A stretch of DNA of 64,000 nucleotides from Gnetum montanum (Eukaryota > Plantae > Gnetophyta), in assembly GCA_015680685.1 (NCBI GenBank), contig MNCI01002011.1, forward strand, positions 380,307 to 444,306, given 5' to 3'. The notes beneath the pieces were generated by a model. It made no database searches. It was given only the letters and a program-made list of their open reading frames with translations, and was not told where the DNA came from. Position 1 is the stretch's first letter. Every line of letters begins with the position of its first letter. A program made the translations under genes and the position numbers. Positions 13,301-24,600 of this stretch are shown piece by piece.

Positions 13301-14505
13301 ACGACCAAGATAACACGCATGCAGAATTTGAAAGTGCAACCAAAAAGACACGCATATACAAATAGACAAACATACAATCACAAACATGAACGTACGAAGT
13401 CTACCGGCAATGGTCTTAGTCCACCTAGAACAAGGCTTACCAAGAGCACATGTCCGAAAGACCTCCATCCTGAGGTACCTGGGAACCATCTTGTCCCCAT
13501 TTGTATTTTCCCATATTCACTGTATCTAGGGTGAGTGGGAGTGCCAAGGATATCATATCCTGCACGATTCAACAAATGCCATCTTGAAACATGTCATCCG
13601 GGTGGAAACCAAAGCAGAGACTCAGTCCGATTCATCCTAGATGAATCACTGGAGACCTGAGATGTGAGCTCCTTGAGCAACAAAATTACTGTGTTGCCAG
13701 TAGAACTCCTCTCAACCATATCGCATACAATCACAACTAGTCCAACCACAAGTAAACAAGGGGAGGACATCACCAAGACGCCATCATTTCTCTGGACCAA
13801 GATAGGCTAAGGCCTCAACAACTATTTTGACATGATCCCATAACGTTTGGTTTGCTAAAGGGAGCTTTAGCACAAGGCCACCCTCCAAGGGAGTGGTTAG
13901 CAGAAGTTGAGAATGGTGAAAACAGAAACCTCACAAATCACAAACCTTGATACCCACTTAGCGAGAAACTTTTACCAATAAGTGAAACTGTACGGCTCTG
14001 ATACTATCTGTAACAACATTGCCCCGACATTGCCCGGCACCCCAAGGAATTCACGAAGATCCAATAGATCTGGGGCAGAAGACCTGGGGAATACGCCTCA
14101 AGCAAGCAAGCATCTCACAAGTGAGTGCAAGCAGAAGCACAGCTTCTTAACGTACATGACCACGTACCTCATTGAGGGTAACCGAACTTCAAAACGAGGA
14201 CCAAGCAAACAAGCATACACACAACCTTGTAGACAACATCGGTGGGAGGGAGACGATGCACCTACAAGGAAAGGTGCCTCACCCCCAGATCCCTCACGAT
14301 CTAGTACAAGGTGTGGCCTGGCACCACACCAAAACTATCGAGTCTTGGCTGATTACATATCTACGACCGTCGTAGAATCAAGGCCATGTAATTCTCCATA
14401 GAGAAGAGGGGAATGAAGAGGACAATAGGAGGGTGTCCTGTTGCTAGCTTGGTACCACCAAGCCTGGGTGGGTTTTGTAACACTTGAGAGCCACCCAATG
14501 GCACC
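7366..14505 (-). mobile_element. Decayed Ty3/gypsy (possibly chromovirus-like) LTR retrotransposon: 3' LTR 7366-7948, PPT 7949-7958, PBS (tRNA-iMet) 13994-14006, 5' LTR 14009-14505 cut by N
   Basis: Direct repeats begin TGTAA at 7366 and 14009; GGCTCTGATACTA is near-complement of the TGGTATCAGAGCC PBS; GGGGGAGGAT PPT abuts TGTGAG on the minus strand; faint RT-connection remnant (DHSPFQW) ~9950. Confidence 0.85.
11720..12568 (+). mobile_element. Athila-type solo LTR nested in the gypsy element, TSD ACAAT/ACAAC
   Basis: TGATGAG...CTCATCA; colinear with 1518-2327; 5-bp TSD with one mismatch. Confidence 0.9.
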
Positions 14506-14599
14506 NGGTTTCCCCCTTACCTTAACCCTACGACTTCTTCAAGTTGTTGTAATTGATGCTCCTTTAATTTCAATAAAATTTCTTTTCGGGGTCCGACAC

Positions 14600-15608
14600 C
14601 CCCCCCCAAAATTCCCAGGTGGGCCCGCAAAAGTACTGACGTATTCTTTTCCGCTGCTACAGAAAGAGTTAAATCGCTGACATGTAAAAAAAATGATCTT
14701 TAACATGTGTGGGTCAAAATTCCGAGGGCCAGCACTCCGGAAAATGGGAAAAATGTATCACTAAAAACAAAAATGAAAGGCGGATCTGGACGTTTTCAAG
14801 GTGAATCCACCTGAAAAAAATCGGTGGCGATCCTGTTTTGGTTCGAGGATTAGAGGCTCATGAAACCACATGTGTCGCAAATCCAGGATACCACCAACTC
14901 CACTTCGACACAAACAATTCACCAGTCGCACAAACCCTGCTTCTCATTCATAGAACGCAAGCGTTGGGCCCGGTGATCGAGTAAAAACAGACAGATATTC
15001 ATTTGAATTGTTACATATTCAAGGTAACTTCGATCTCTAAGGCGACGCTCAGGTTTCGTTTTCGGTGATCCAGTCTCCCAACCGTTCTCGCTTTTATTCG
15101 GTATCGCTTTGATTTTGATATCTCGACGATCGGTCGCTGTTATTTTCTTTTTTTCTTTTTTGTAAATGATCGATCTCGTTTTTCATCGCTCTGGCCTATA
15201 AATATGATCGTTATGATTTTTCTTGTCTCACTTTGGGGTTTCTGCAGATCCAGGCCCGTGTTGCGTTCCCGTTTTCGATTTCAAGTTACACCTGCGTTCG
15301 ATCATGTAAGTTTTCTGCGTGCTTGATGTATTTTGCAATTTGTGTTGTTTCCGATGATCATGGTGATGCGTTGGGGTCTCGATTGTGTGTGTGTTTCTGG
15401 CTGGATTTTTTAGATCGCTGGAATTCATGATTTAGGACTTTTGCAAGGGTTCCGAGGGTTTTGATTTATTTTGCTTGAGATTATGCGAAAGAGGATTTTG
15501 CGAGAGCTTTCTGTTTTTGTCAGTGTTTGACGCTGTGGATCATTGCAGTATCTAATTTTGGAAACTTTTGGTGTTTGTTGCATCGTTAGTTGCTCAGAAT
15601 TTTCAAAG
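14600..15608 (+). promoter_or_regulatory. Probable GPT promoter and 5' UTR, possibly with UTR introns (15024-15247, 15306-15597)
   Basis: CpG-retaining region; TGGGCC site-II motifs ~14620 and ~14965; AAG|GTAACT and CAT|GTAAGT donor-like sites, TCTGCAG and TGCTCAG acceptor-like sites in T-rich sequence. Confidence 0.4.
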
Positions 15609-17437
15609 ATGGCTGCAATGGCGAGTTCCGTTGCAGGCGGTCTGATGTCCCAGGGTTTGGGTTTGGATCGCACGTCTGTGTTGTTGAAAAGTTCGTTTTC
15701 TTCGAGAAGTACCTGTGCTAGATCGTATCAGAGCCGCAATTCTGCAGGCTTTGGGGCTTTGGGGCGTTTATCTTGCAAGAACGAGAGGGATTTGACGGGT
15801 AAAAAATTGACAATTTCTGGTTTGAAGCCATGCTTGGGACTCGGATTTGAGAGGAATCTGATAAGGAATGTTGAGGCAAAGGCGTATGAGGCCAGCTCTT
15901 CGGATTATTCCAGTGAACCTAAAATCGAACCGGCTGTGGAAACTGTACCACAGCAGAAAGCTGGTTCAAGGATTAGAATTGGGATATATTTTTTTGCTTG
16001 GTGGACACTAAATGTGATTTTCAACATTTACAATAAGAAAGTGCTGAATGCATTTCCCTTTCCATGGTTAACATCTACACTGTCTTTGGCTGCTGGATCT
16101 CTCATGATGTGGATCTCTTGGGCAACTCGGTTGGTGGAAGCCCCGCGTACCGATTTGGATTTTTGGAAGACACTGGCACCGGTGAGAGATTCAGGACTCT
16201 GTCCCGTTCATCTTAAATGTTTTGGCATTTTATTGGTTTGAATTTGTTAGTAGTTATGAAAGTTTTCTTTATTGGTTCGATTTGGATACCCGTTCATGCA
16301 GTTATCTGTGAAACAAACTGCGTTGACGTTGATTGTTTTGCTTGAGTTTTGCAGGTGGCTATTGCTCACACAATAGGACATGTTGCTGCAACTGTTAGTA
16401 TGTCTAAGGTTGCAGTTTCCTTCACTCACATTATCAAAAGTGCAGAACCAGCTTTCAGTGTTGTGGTTTCTCGGTTCTTGCTTGGCGAGCATTTTCCGGG
16501 CCCAGTGTACATGTCTCTGATCCCCATTATTGGAGGTTGTGCATTGGCTGCGGCAACAGAGTTGAATTTTAACATGACAGGTTTGGGATAAAGGACCAAA
16601 ACCATTAATCAGCAAATATCTGAAATTCATTATTCAATTTTTTTCTTTTATCTTCACCCAACTTATAATTGTCTGGTACAGTTCTTTTTACCTTTATTTC
16701 CTAGAGTGGATAAGTCTTAGCAGTTAAGGCTGATACCATAATCTCTTAAATATTTCAGGGTTTATGGGTGCTATGATCTCAAATCTGGCCTTTGTCTTTC
16801 GCAATATTTTCTCCAAGAGAGGCATGAAAGGGAAGTCAGTGGGAGGGATGAACTACTATGCTTGTCTTTCCATGCTTTCCTTGGCAATTTTAACTCCATT
16901 TGCATTTGCAGTAGAAGGCCCTCAGGCCTGGGCTTTGGGGTGGCGTGAAGCCATGCGAGCAATTGGACCTAACTTTGTTTGGTGGGTGTTGAATTGTTCT
17001 TGTTACCCTTGTGTTATTATTTCTTAGACAATTTTTTTTGGTTCTCAGATTTTTTGTTGAAATTGGTACAGGTGGGTTGCTGCACAGAGCGTTTTTTACC
17101 ACCTCTACAACCAGGTTTCCTACATGTCATTAGACGAAATTTCACCATTAACATTTAGTATTGGCAACACTATGAAGAGAGTTTCAGTCATTGCATCATC
17201 CATAATTATTTTCCGCACACCCGTGAGACCAATAAATGCGGTTGGTGCAGCCATTGCTATTTTGGGGACATTTTTGTATTCCCAGGTATATGCTTTTTGA
17301 CAATTTTTTGCAGTTTTGTTGTAGATATACCTGTTGTGTTCAATAATTTAAATAGTGCTTTGAGGTTATTGATCATGACAGTTTTTGCTGTCTAATTTTC
17401 AAATTGATTTCCCCCATTTCTGCAGGCTAAGCAATAA
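15609..17437 (+). CDS. GPT: Plastid glucose-6-phosphate/phosphate translocator; exons 15609-16181, 16355-16580, 16759-16981, 17072-17285, 17426-17437 (415 aa)
   Basis: Ser-rich transit peptide, then IGIYFFAWWTLNVIFNIYNKKVLNAFPFPWLTS, GHVAATVSMSKVAVSFTHIIKSAEPAFSV, GAMISNLAFVFRNIFSK, FYHLYNQVSYMSLDEISPLTFSIGNTMKR and C-terminal YSQAKQ; four GT-AG introns give an uninterrupted 1248-nt frame. Confidence 0.96.
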
Positions 17438-17715
17438 AACAGAGATTGAGAACTCAAGGAGCTGTTTCTTCTCTAGGATATGCTGATGCCTGGAGGTTCC
17501 TGGACTTTTTGATATAGAAACATTAGGAAGACATTCCAAATGATATGCTTAGCTTTTTTGTTACACTGGAACTTGAGTAAATTTAGTACAGCTTAAATTT
17601 GGTTTCTTGCATGATTTTTGGCCCGTTAATTTGGTCCTTGATCTCAAGCTTATGTAAGATATGAAGTTTTGCGATGGCAATAATAAAATAACAATTCGAA
17701 ATATTTTGCTTCTTA

Positions 17716-18075
17716 CATTGTTCGTATCTTGATGTTTTTGTACCTGCAAATTGAGCTACAGTCCACTGTTCTTTGACTTTTCCGTTTTGGGAATATGTTT
17801 TTAAAAATTCTGCAGATCACACCAGTTTCAAGGGAGATATTTGTGTAGGCATTCATCAGACTTGTCGTAAAATAACTTATAATTAAATTTAATAATCATT
17901 GTTCGTGTCTTGACGTTTTTGTACCTGCAAATTGAGCTACATTCCACTGTTCTTTGACTTTTTCCTTTTGGGAATACGTCTTTAAAAATTCTACAGATTA
18001 CCAGTTTTAAGGTAGATGTTTGTGTAGGGTTTCATCTGACTTGTCATAAAATAACTTAGAATTAAATTTAATAAT
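17716..18075. repeat. Tandem duplication, 2 x ~180 bp, downstream of GPT
   Basis: 17716-17896 and 17897-18075 are near-identical (CATTGTTCGTRTCTTGAYGTTTTTGTACCTGCAAATTGAGCTACA...). Confidence 0.9.
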
Positions 18076-20969
18076 CATTGTTGTGCAGACAATTATATTT
18101 TTGTTCGTAGTGTTTGCTGTTGTTTCGTAGTTAGCAGTAATAAATGCCTGCTGGATGACATTCAAACATTTTGTTGTTAATGCCAACTCTCAAATGAATG
18201 GTTGTTCAGGCTGGCAAAGATTTTTGAGGCCGAGAAGCAAATTTGAAGCAAATTTGATTGCTATATAGTTATGTGTGGTTTTCTGGGCATTTATATTTTA
18301 ATTTAGTCACTAGGCATTTTCTAATGGCGTTTGGACATTTCAAACACATCGCGATTTTCAAAGGAGGTTCTGTATGGGGCCTTATGGAGAAATTTCAATG
18401 GTACGTACGTGTAAGCTGTATTCGGAATGAAATGGTTCCCTGAAATACCTAAAATAATACAACACATAAAGCGTAATTGATTTCATTGCTAACTTTAGTG
18501 AAATATTTTAGTTACTTGTTATTATATATAAAGCATAATAAATCACTAGTCAATTTCACGCACAAGAAATAGCTAACGCTGTTGTGCAAATATATGTAAT
18601 TACAAATAGTACTCTTGCAACTGACAAATGAAGGTCAGCGTCTGTTAAAAATTGGTTCAACTATCTGTCAGTTCGGTAAATTGTTTGGTCATTTTATATT
18701 CTATTTTCTTAACAACTTGGTACATTATGAACTAGAAGGCGGTCACTAGTAACAACTGCTACCAAGTGTTTTCCGTTTTGATTTATAATTTTAAAGCTTT
18801 TGGACGCCTTGATTGTTAATTCATAAATTATATGCTAGGCGTACAAAATTAGAAAGTTCACTCTGAACGGATATCAAAGTTGAATCGACTTATCGTCGGT
18901 CGTGGGCAGAGTCTCAACTCTTCATAGAAGATTTCTTTTTTACTTTCAATAGGTAAGGTTCAGGTGAGTGTTTACTATGTGAAGAATGTTTAAACAGGTA
19001 GCTATAGCGTATTTTTGTAAACAATATTGTTGACTAATGTCCTACCAACTGGTTCTTTATCGTGTTTAGCTACAACTATATCGTAATCTCCAAGAGTATG
19101 TTCCCCAGCCGGCTGTTCAAGTGCTAAGCTTATATTATATTTTCTGATTTTTTAAATAAAAAGAACATTTACACAGATTCTTGGTTCAGGAACAAGAAGA
19201 GGAATTAAAGACGCTGATTGTTTTTAACTTAAAATATTATTTGAAAGTTGAGTTTTTGCATTGGTACAATGAATAGCTATCAACGACAGATAGCCTTTGA
19301 AAGCATTGTAATTCCTGAGACACTTGTGCCATGACATTCGGAGAGGGAAATATGTCCACAGCCAATAGTGTTGCTGGGTCAATTTGGGTTTGGTCCAAAG
19401 CGTTCAAGTGTTTGTAATTTTCGTTACAAAGTTTCGAAGGGTTGGTAAGGCAGGTAACTGGTAACTGGTCATGAATTCTTTTTCGATAATCTCTGTGGAA
19501 ACAGAGTCAATTGGGTGGAGAGAGTTGCGTTTGACTAGACATCAATTCCAGAAACATCCTAAACAAAATAATGCATTCAAAATCACACGAGTTAACAACG
19601 GACCACAAAGATCTGTGCAGATGCATTTTCAAAAGCATTGACAGGGAACAAGCCTTTGTCCCTTCACTTATGTGGTCAATCCTGATTTTCTTGTTTGTGA
19701 AAACTTTTTGAACGACCGGTTTCCGTTAAAACAGGAACAAAACAATGGAGGGTAAAAAACCACGACACCGTTTTTTATCATTGATTTTATTTTTTCTTAG
19801 AATGCAGAAACGAGGGTAAAAATTTAAACAAAAACAGAATCATCTGTGTTGTAGATGCAGAACCAAAAATTGTGAACTGTGATGCAGTTCGAATCTATTA
19901 AAATTCCAAGGGCTTGTATCAGCAACTATCAACTTTTGCGGAACTCTTCAGCTACACTGACCAATCTCCATGCCTATGCTACAATAATGCCAAATCGTTT
20001 CTGAGCACACACAGCGATATAGTTTGAGCATGCCCATATTTATCGTCACACCACATTACCGAATAAAGAAAATAAACGAAACCCATTATATTGAAAATTG
20101 TGAATAGCATTAACTTGTAGCAGGTACAGTAATGGACGCCTCTGATGCAGCCTGCACATTGGGGTACTACGAACATCCGCTATGAATTCTGCAACATCAT
20201 GGTCTTGTCTTGTTCTGAAGATTTTGGAGGATGGAGTTTTCTAAGATCTGAGTTTTGAGTGATGCAAATGAAGGCTGGGGCTAGCTTATCTTCTTCTTTT
20301 CATCTTATCTTTACCCATCGTTTTCTTCATGTGGCTGTTAGTTGGGTGAGTCCTAAGCTTGTTATTTTCTTCCCTAAATTACCGCTGCATATGCTGAAGG
20401 AGACGGAAAGTCTCAAAAGAATCTGAAGTAACATGCTTTCAGACGGATAACTCTGATCGTGTTAAACTGCTTGATTTTCTCCTAACAAACCGGCTGAGCC
20501 GGGCAAACCCTGCAACATGGTTTTTTGATTTTTCGCCTATTGACCATTGCTTGTTGCGCCAACCACCACTGAACGCTGCAGAATTAAATTGGGGGAGGAC
20601 TCGCAGAAAACCGATTGGAAGGAAGAAAAACCCTTAAATTTATACGCTAAAGGAAAGAAGACGAGACTCGATCGAGAGGAAGTTACAGAAACGTTATACC
20701 TGTGTCTGAATCTAGAAAACAGACTCTTGTCTCCCAAGGAATTATCCTGTCAAGTCTCTGAAGGAAATTTTTAACATTTCGTCGAACAATCATGGAAAAT
20801 TTTGGAAGATAGAACCACTCGTAAACAGCGTATCCAGTTCGAGAAATTGATCCCAGAAAAGAAATGGTCCGGTGTAAAAAATTTTCCCAGTGAACCGAAA
20901 ACTCTGTTTTTTCCTTGGTGAATATGATACCTTAACATTTAAGGCTTCCGTACATAACTACTGTCGCTG

Positions 20970-21630
20970 ATAATGATCGTTGACATTAATTACCAAACGT
21001 ACGACATAACTAACAACTCTGAAGAAGAAGAAAGAAGAAATTGACGTACGACGGAAGTAACTATTGTGAAGGAGGACGAAGAAATTGAAGGATTGTCAGC
21101 AAAGAAGAAGAAATTGAACCATTGTTAAGGTTGGCAAAAAGTTAAAGATGATGCCAGACCTATTACATTAGTAAAATTTCATAAATTTACCAAGGTTAAG
21201 AGTAGAATATGATGTAATTGACATTAATAATTGTGAAGCAGATAGAAGAAGAATTTGATGTCTAATAGAAGTAATAATTGTGAAAGAGAAAGAAGGAAGA
21301 AATTGAACAATTGTTAAGAAAGAAAAAGAAATTGAATTGATTGTTAAGGTTGGTCAAAAGTCAAAGATGATGTCATAACGTGTGTTATATCGATCAAATT
21401 TTATAAATTTACCCAAGTCACAAGTCAAAGATGATGTAACTAATAATATAAGAGGTTATAATTAGAAAAGAGAAAGAAGATGAGATTGTTAACCATTGTT
21501 AAGGTTGATCAAAACTTGAAGATGATGTCATAATGTGTTACATCAATAAAATTTTATAGATTTACCACCTAAGCTGAAGATCATATCATAACATATTTAC
21601 ATCAATAAAATTTTATAAATTTACCCAAGT
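20970..21630. repeat. Degenerate modular repeats (GATGATGTCATAA...AAATTTTATAAATTTACC; AATTGAACCATTGTTAAGGTTG)
   Basis: 3-4 imperfect copies of each module; possibly the interior of a non-autonomous DNA element. Confidence 0.55.
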
Positions 21631-24600
21631 TGTATGCAATTGAATCACATGTTCATTCTTAAATATAGAATAATAAATATTATTAATGAAATTGAAATTG
21701 AAATTTCATCACCTATATTTATCCTTTTGATTTATTGGACAATAGAAATATACATGCTATGAGTTTTGAAAATATCATCAAGAAAATTATGAAATGTTAT
21801 TGGTAATAATTATAACAAATTAACCAAACTTGCAATTGTAATATCCCATTTATGTTTAATTTTCTCTAATATAGGACATTGTAAGAAAATGTGGTATTCA
21901 TCCTCAATGTTATTTGTATTGCATAGTCAGCAACATATTTGTTTTGCACAAGGAAATTTGAGCCATTTACCTATCATAAGTTTAGCATATTTGTTCTTTA
22001 CAAGGAATTTTGAGCCATTTAGCTGTTTCAACTTTTAGATGATAAGATTCCATTCATGCTTTGTTAATCATGCATTGTAAACTATGAGCAATAGCAACAA
22101 ATAAATAATTTGCCTTTTAATTAAGACTTCCCTAATGCTATTCAAATAAAAATGTTTTTTTCCTTCTATATGTTGCCTTTGCCGAATTTTTTTCATTAAC
22201 AAGTCAATTTATAATGTAAAGTAACAAGGATAGTGTATTACAAGAGGCTTTCCATCATTAATGATAGAATGAATACATTTTTAGGGAATTATATTAAACA
22301 ATCATAGAAAAGAGTAACAATTTTGTGAGTATGCATCCTCTTGAAATGTGAAATTGAAATGCTTTTTATTATGTCTAGAAACCCTTATGATCTAGCATAG
22401 AAAACTATAAATTTGTATATGTTATACTTTTTAATAAACAATTTGGGAATGATAAAAATGCATTGAATTAGAATTCTAGGCATATTTTTACAATTGGTGT
22501 GGATTTAACTTTAGAATTTTTTAAAAAATTTCTGAATCAATAAGCTGGAATTAAAGTTATTTTAATTTCATTTAATGAAATTTTTTTACTCCAAGCAAAA
22601 GTTTATAAGTGAAATTTGGTTATATGTTTGCTTAATAAAACTTCTTTAAGATGACATTGCTCAAATCTTTTAGGAAGTTGCATTTGGCTAGTTAGTTTCA
22701 GTATAGGTTAGATTCTTGTAGACAATACTAACTTACAATGTTTTAATTTGATTATATATGTTAAGAGCAAGTATTGGTAAAAAAAAAATTTAACGTTTTA
22801 ACCCCACATTAAAGATTTCAACCATGAAAGAGCACTTACTATATTTAGTTTAGTTGCTATCTTGGATATTCAATCACATGTCTCCACCATGCCTTATGTA
22901 ACACCCTCCTTCCTACCCTTAAGACAAAGAGCATTACATGGGGTAAAATGAATAACAAAGGTTGGTCATGGCAGAGTAATAAAATTGATTCATTCTAACG
23001 CAACGAAAGGAAGTATGGTTAAGCCATGACCAAGAGGAAGAAGAGATTAATTAACTAGATAGATAAATATATATACAAGTAAAAAGGATTTAAATAATAA
23101 GCATCCACTAAAGAAATCTTACATTAATAACATTATAAATTTCACAATTATCTCATCTGAAACATCTTACATAAAGAAATATGATAAGTTCTCATTGTCA
23201 CTACATAATTCATAATCCATACAAGTCTACTATAAAAATTCAAGCACATGAATCAAATTAATATACATCTACTTATGAAATAGCAATTATAATTTCAAAT
23301 AGCATATAATTTCATCTTGTGCTATGAACATCTCCAAGGTACCACATGTACTCCATGCTCTTCTTGGCCTGAAATATCTATACACAAAACAAAAATATCA
23401 ATTACCATTGAGCGAGTAACCTTGGCACCATCTTCTGACCGAATTAAGGACATGTCTCATGGGGGTTAGGTAGGGCATGATAGCTTGTAAAACAATCATT
23501 GCAAAACATATCCAAACATACAACCACTGCATTATTCAAGATCATTCATCACAAACATGCAAAAAATTCAAGACCATACATCTATTAATGCAAAGAATAT
23601 CCAAACACACAACCACCACAAAAATCCATCAACATGGAACAAAAAATCCACACAAATGCGAAACAATTATCCAATAAGAGATTAATCCATTTGACCATTG
23701 CAACAGTCCAAAATCATCATCCATTCTTTCCACCCATCAACTAAGCAAACAAGGAGGCTAGCACGCACTGCACTTAGTGTCAATGTGTATCAAGTTGTCA
23801 TGAATACTTTCAAATTCCCAAATCAAAGTTTCCAACAAAATATCAAATTACCATGTGCATGGATTTATTATGAGTCTCAATGAGTGAAGGTGATCCATGT
23901 GGATCCCCACCAAGGTTCCCAAACATGTCAATGCTAGAGGTATCCCTATGGATACCCATCTCTAGTGTTTTGAAGGAACCAAACAAGACCAATGAGCCAT
24001 GGGTCACCCTCTCTTGCCAGATGGGGCCTATAGCAAGAGCCACACTAGTGCACTAACAATGGGGGTTAATCAAAAAATCAACCCTAGGGAGCCTCATCTC
24101 CAACCAGCGACAAACTTGGTGCTAGCTTCATTATCCAAACACACAATAAATAATCAAACAATGACATCATCCAGGAATCTCACAATTATCGAAAGATGAC
24201 AAACCGACATTGATGATGGATGGACTCAACATCATTTCTAAATAAGCCAATAAAAGGACCATCAATCCAACATGTCATCCAAAATCCCAAAATATGACAT
24301 GTTTAGCAACAATTCCAAGTTCAACAATCTAGCATGTCCCAACAAATCCAATGGTTCAAGAATCCAACAAAATCCAATTCAATAGATCCAAATCCTCCAA
24401 GATTTCAACACCCAATCACAAGGCCATACTTAACAAAATACAAATCCCAGTTGTCCAAAGATTCATAGTCAATTAAAAGTCATATCCCTTCAAAAAATTT
24501 TAATGGGTAATATCCAACAAAAACTTCAAAAGAGATATAGCAATGCTAAGGATCAAAATCAAAAAATGATATACATCTCCCAACAACTTCACTAAAATTC

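Noticed and set aside
15543-15608. Upstream extension of the GPT ORF in the ORF track
   Set aside because: Starts at TTG within probable 5' UTR intron sequence; the ATG at 15609 begins a typical transit peptide.
18545-18590. Second Helitron 3' end on the minus strand
   Set aside because: The hairpin loop (16 nt) is atypically large and there is no other support.
19979-20400. Possible small Cys-rich peptide or miRNA locus
   Set aside because: No recognisable peptide family, signal peptide, conserved miRNA or hairpin.
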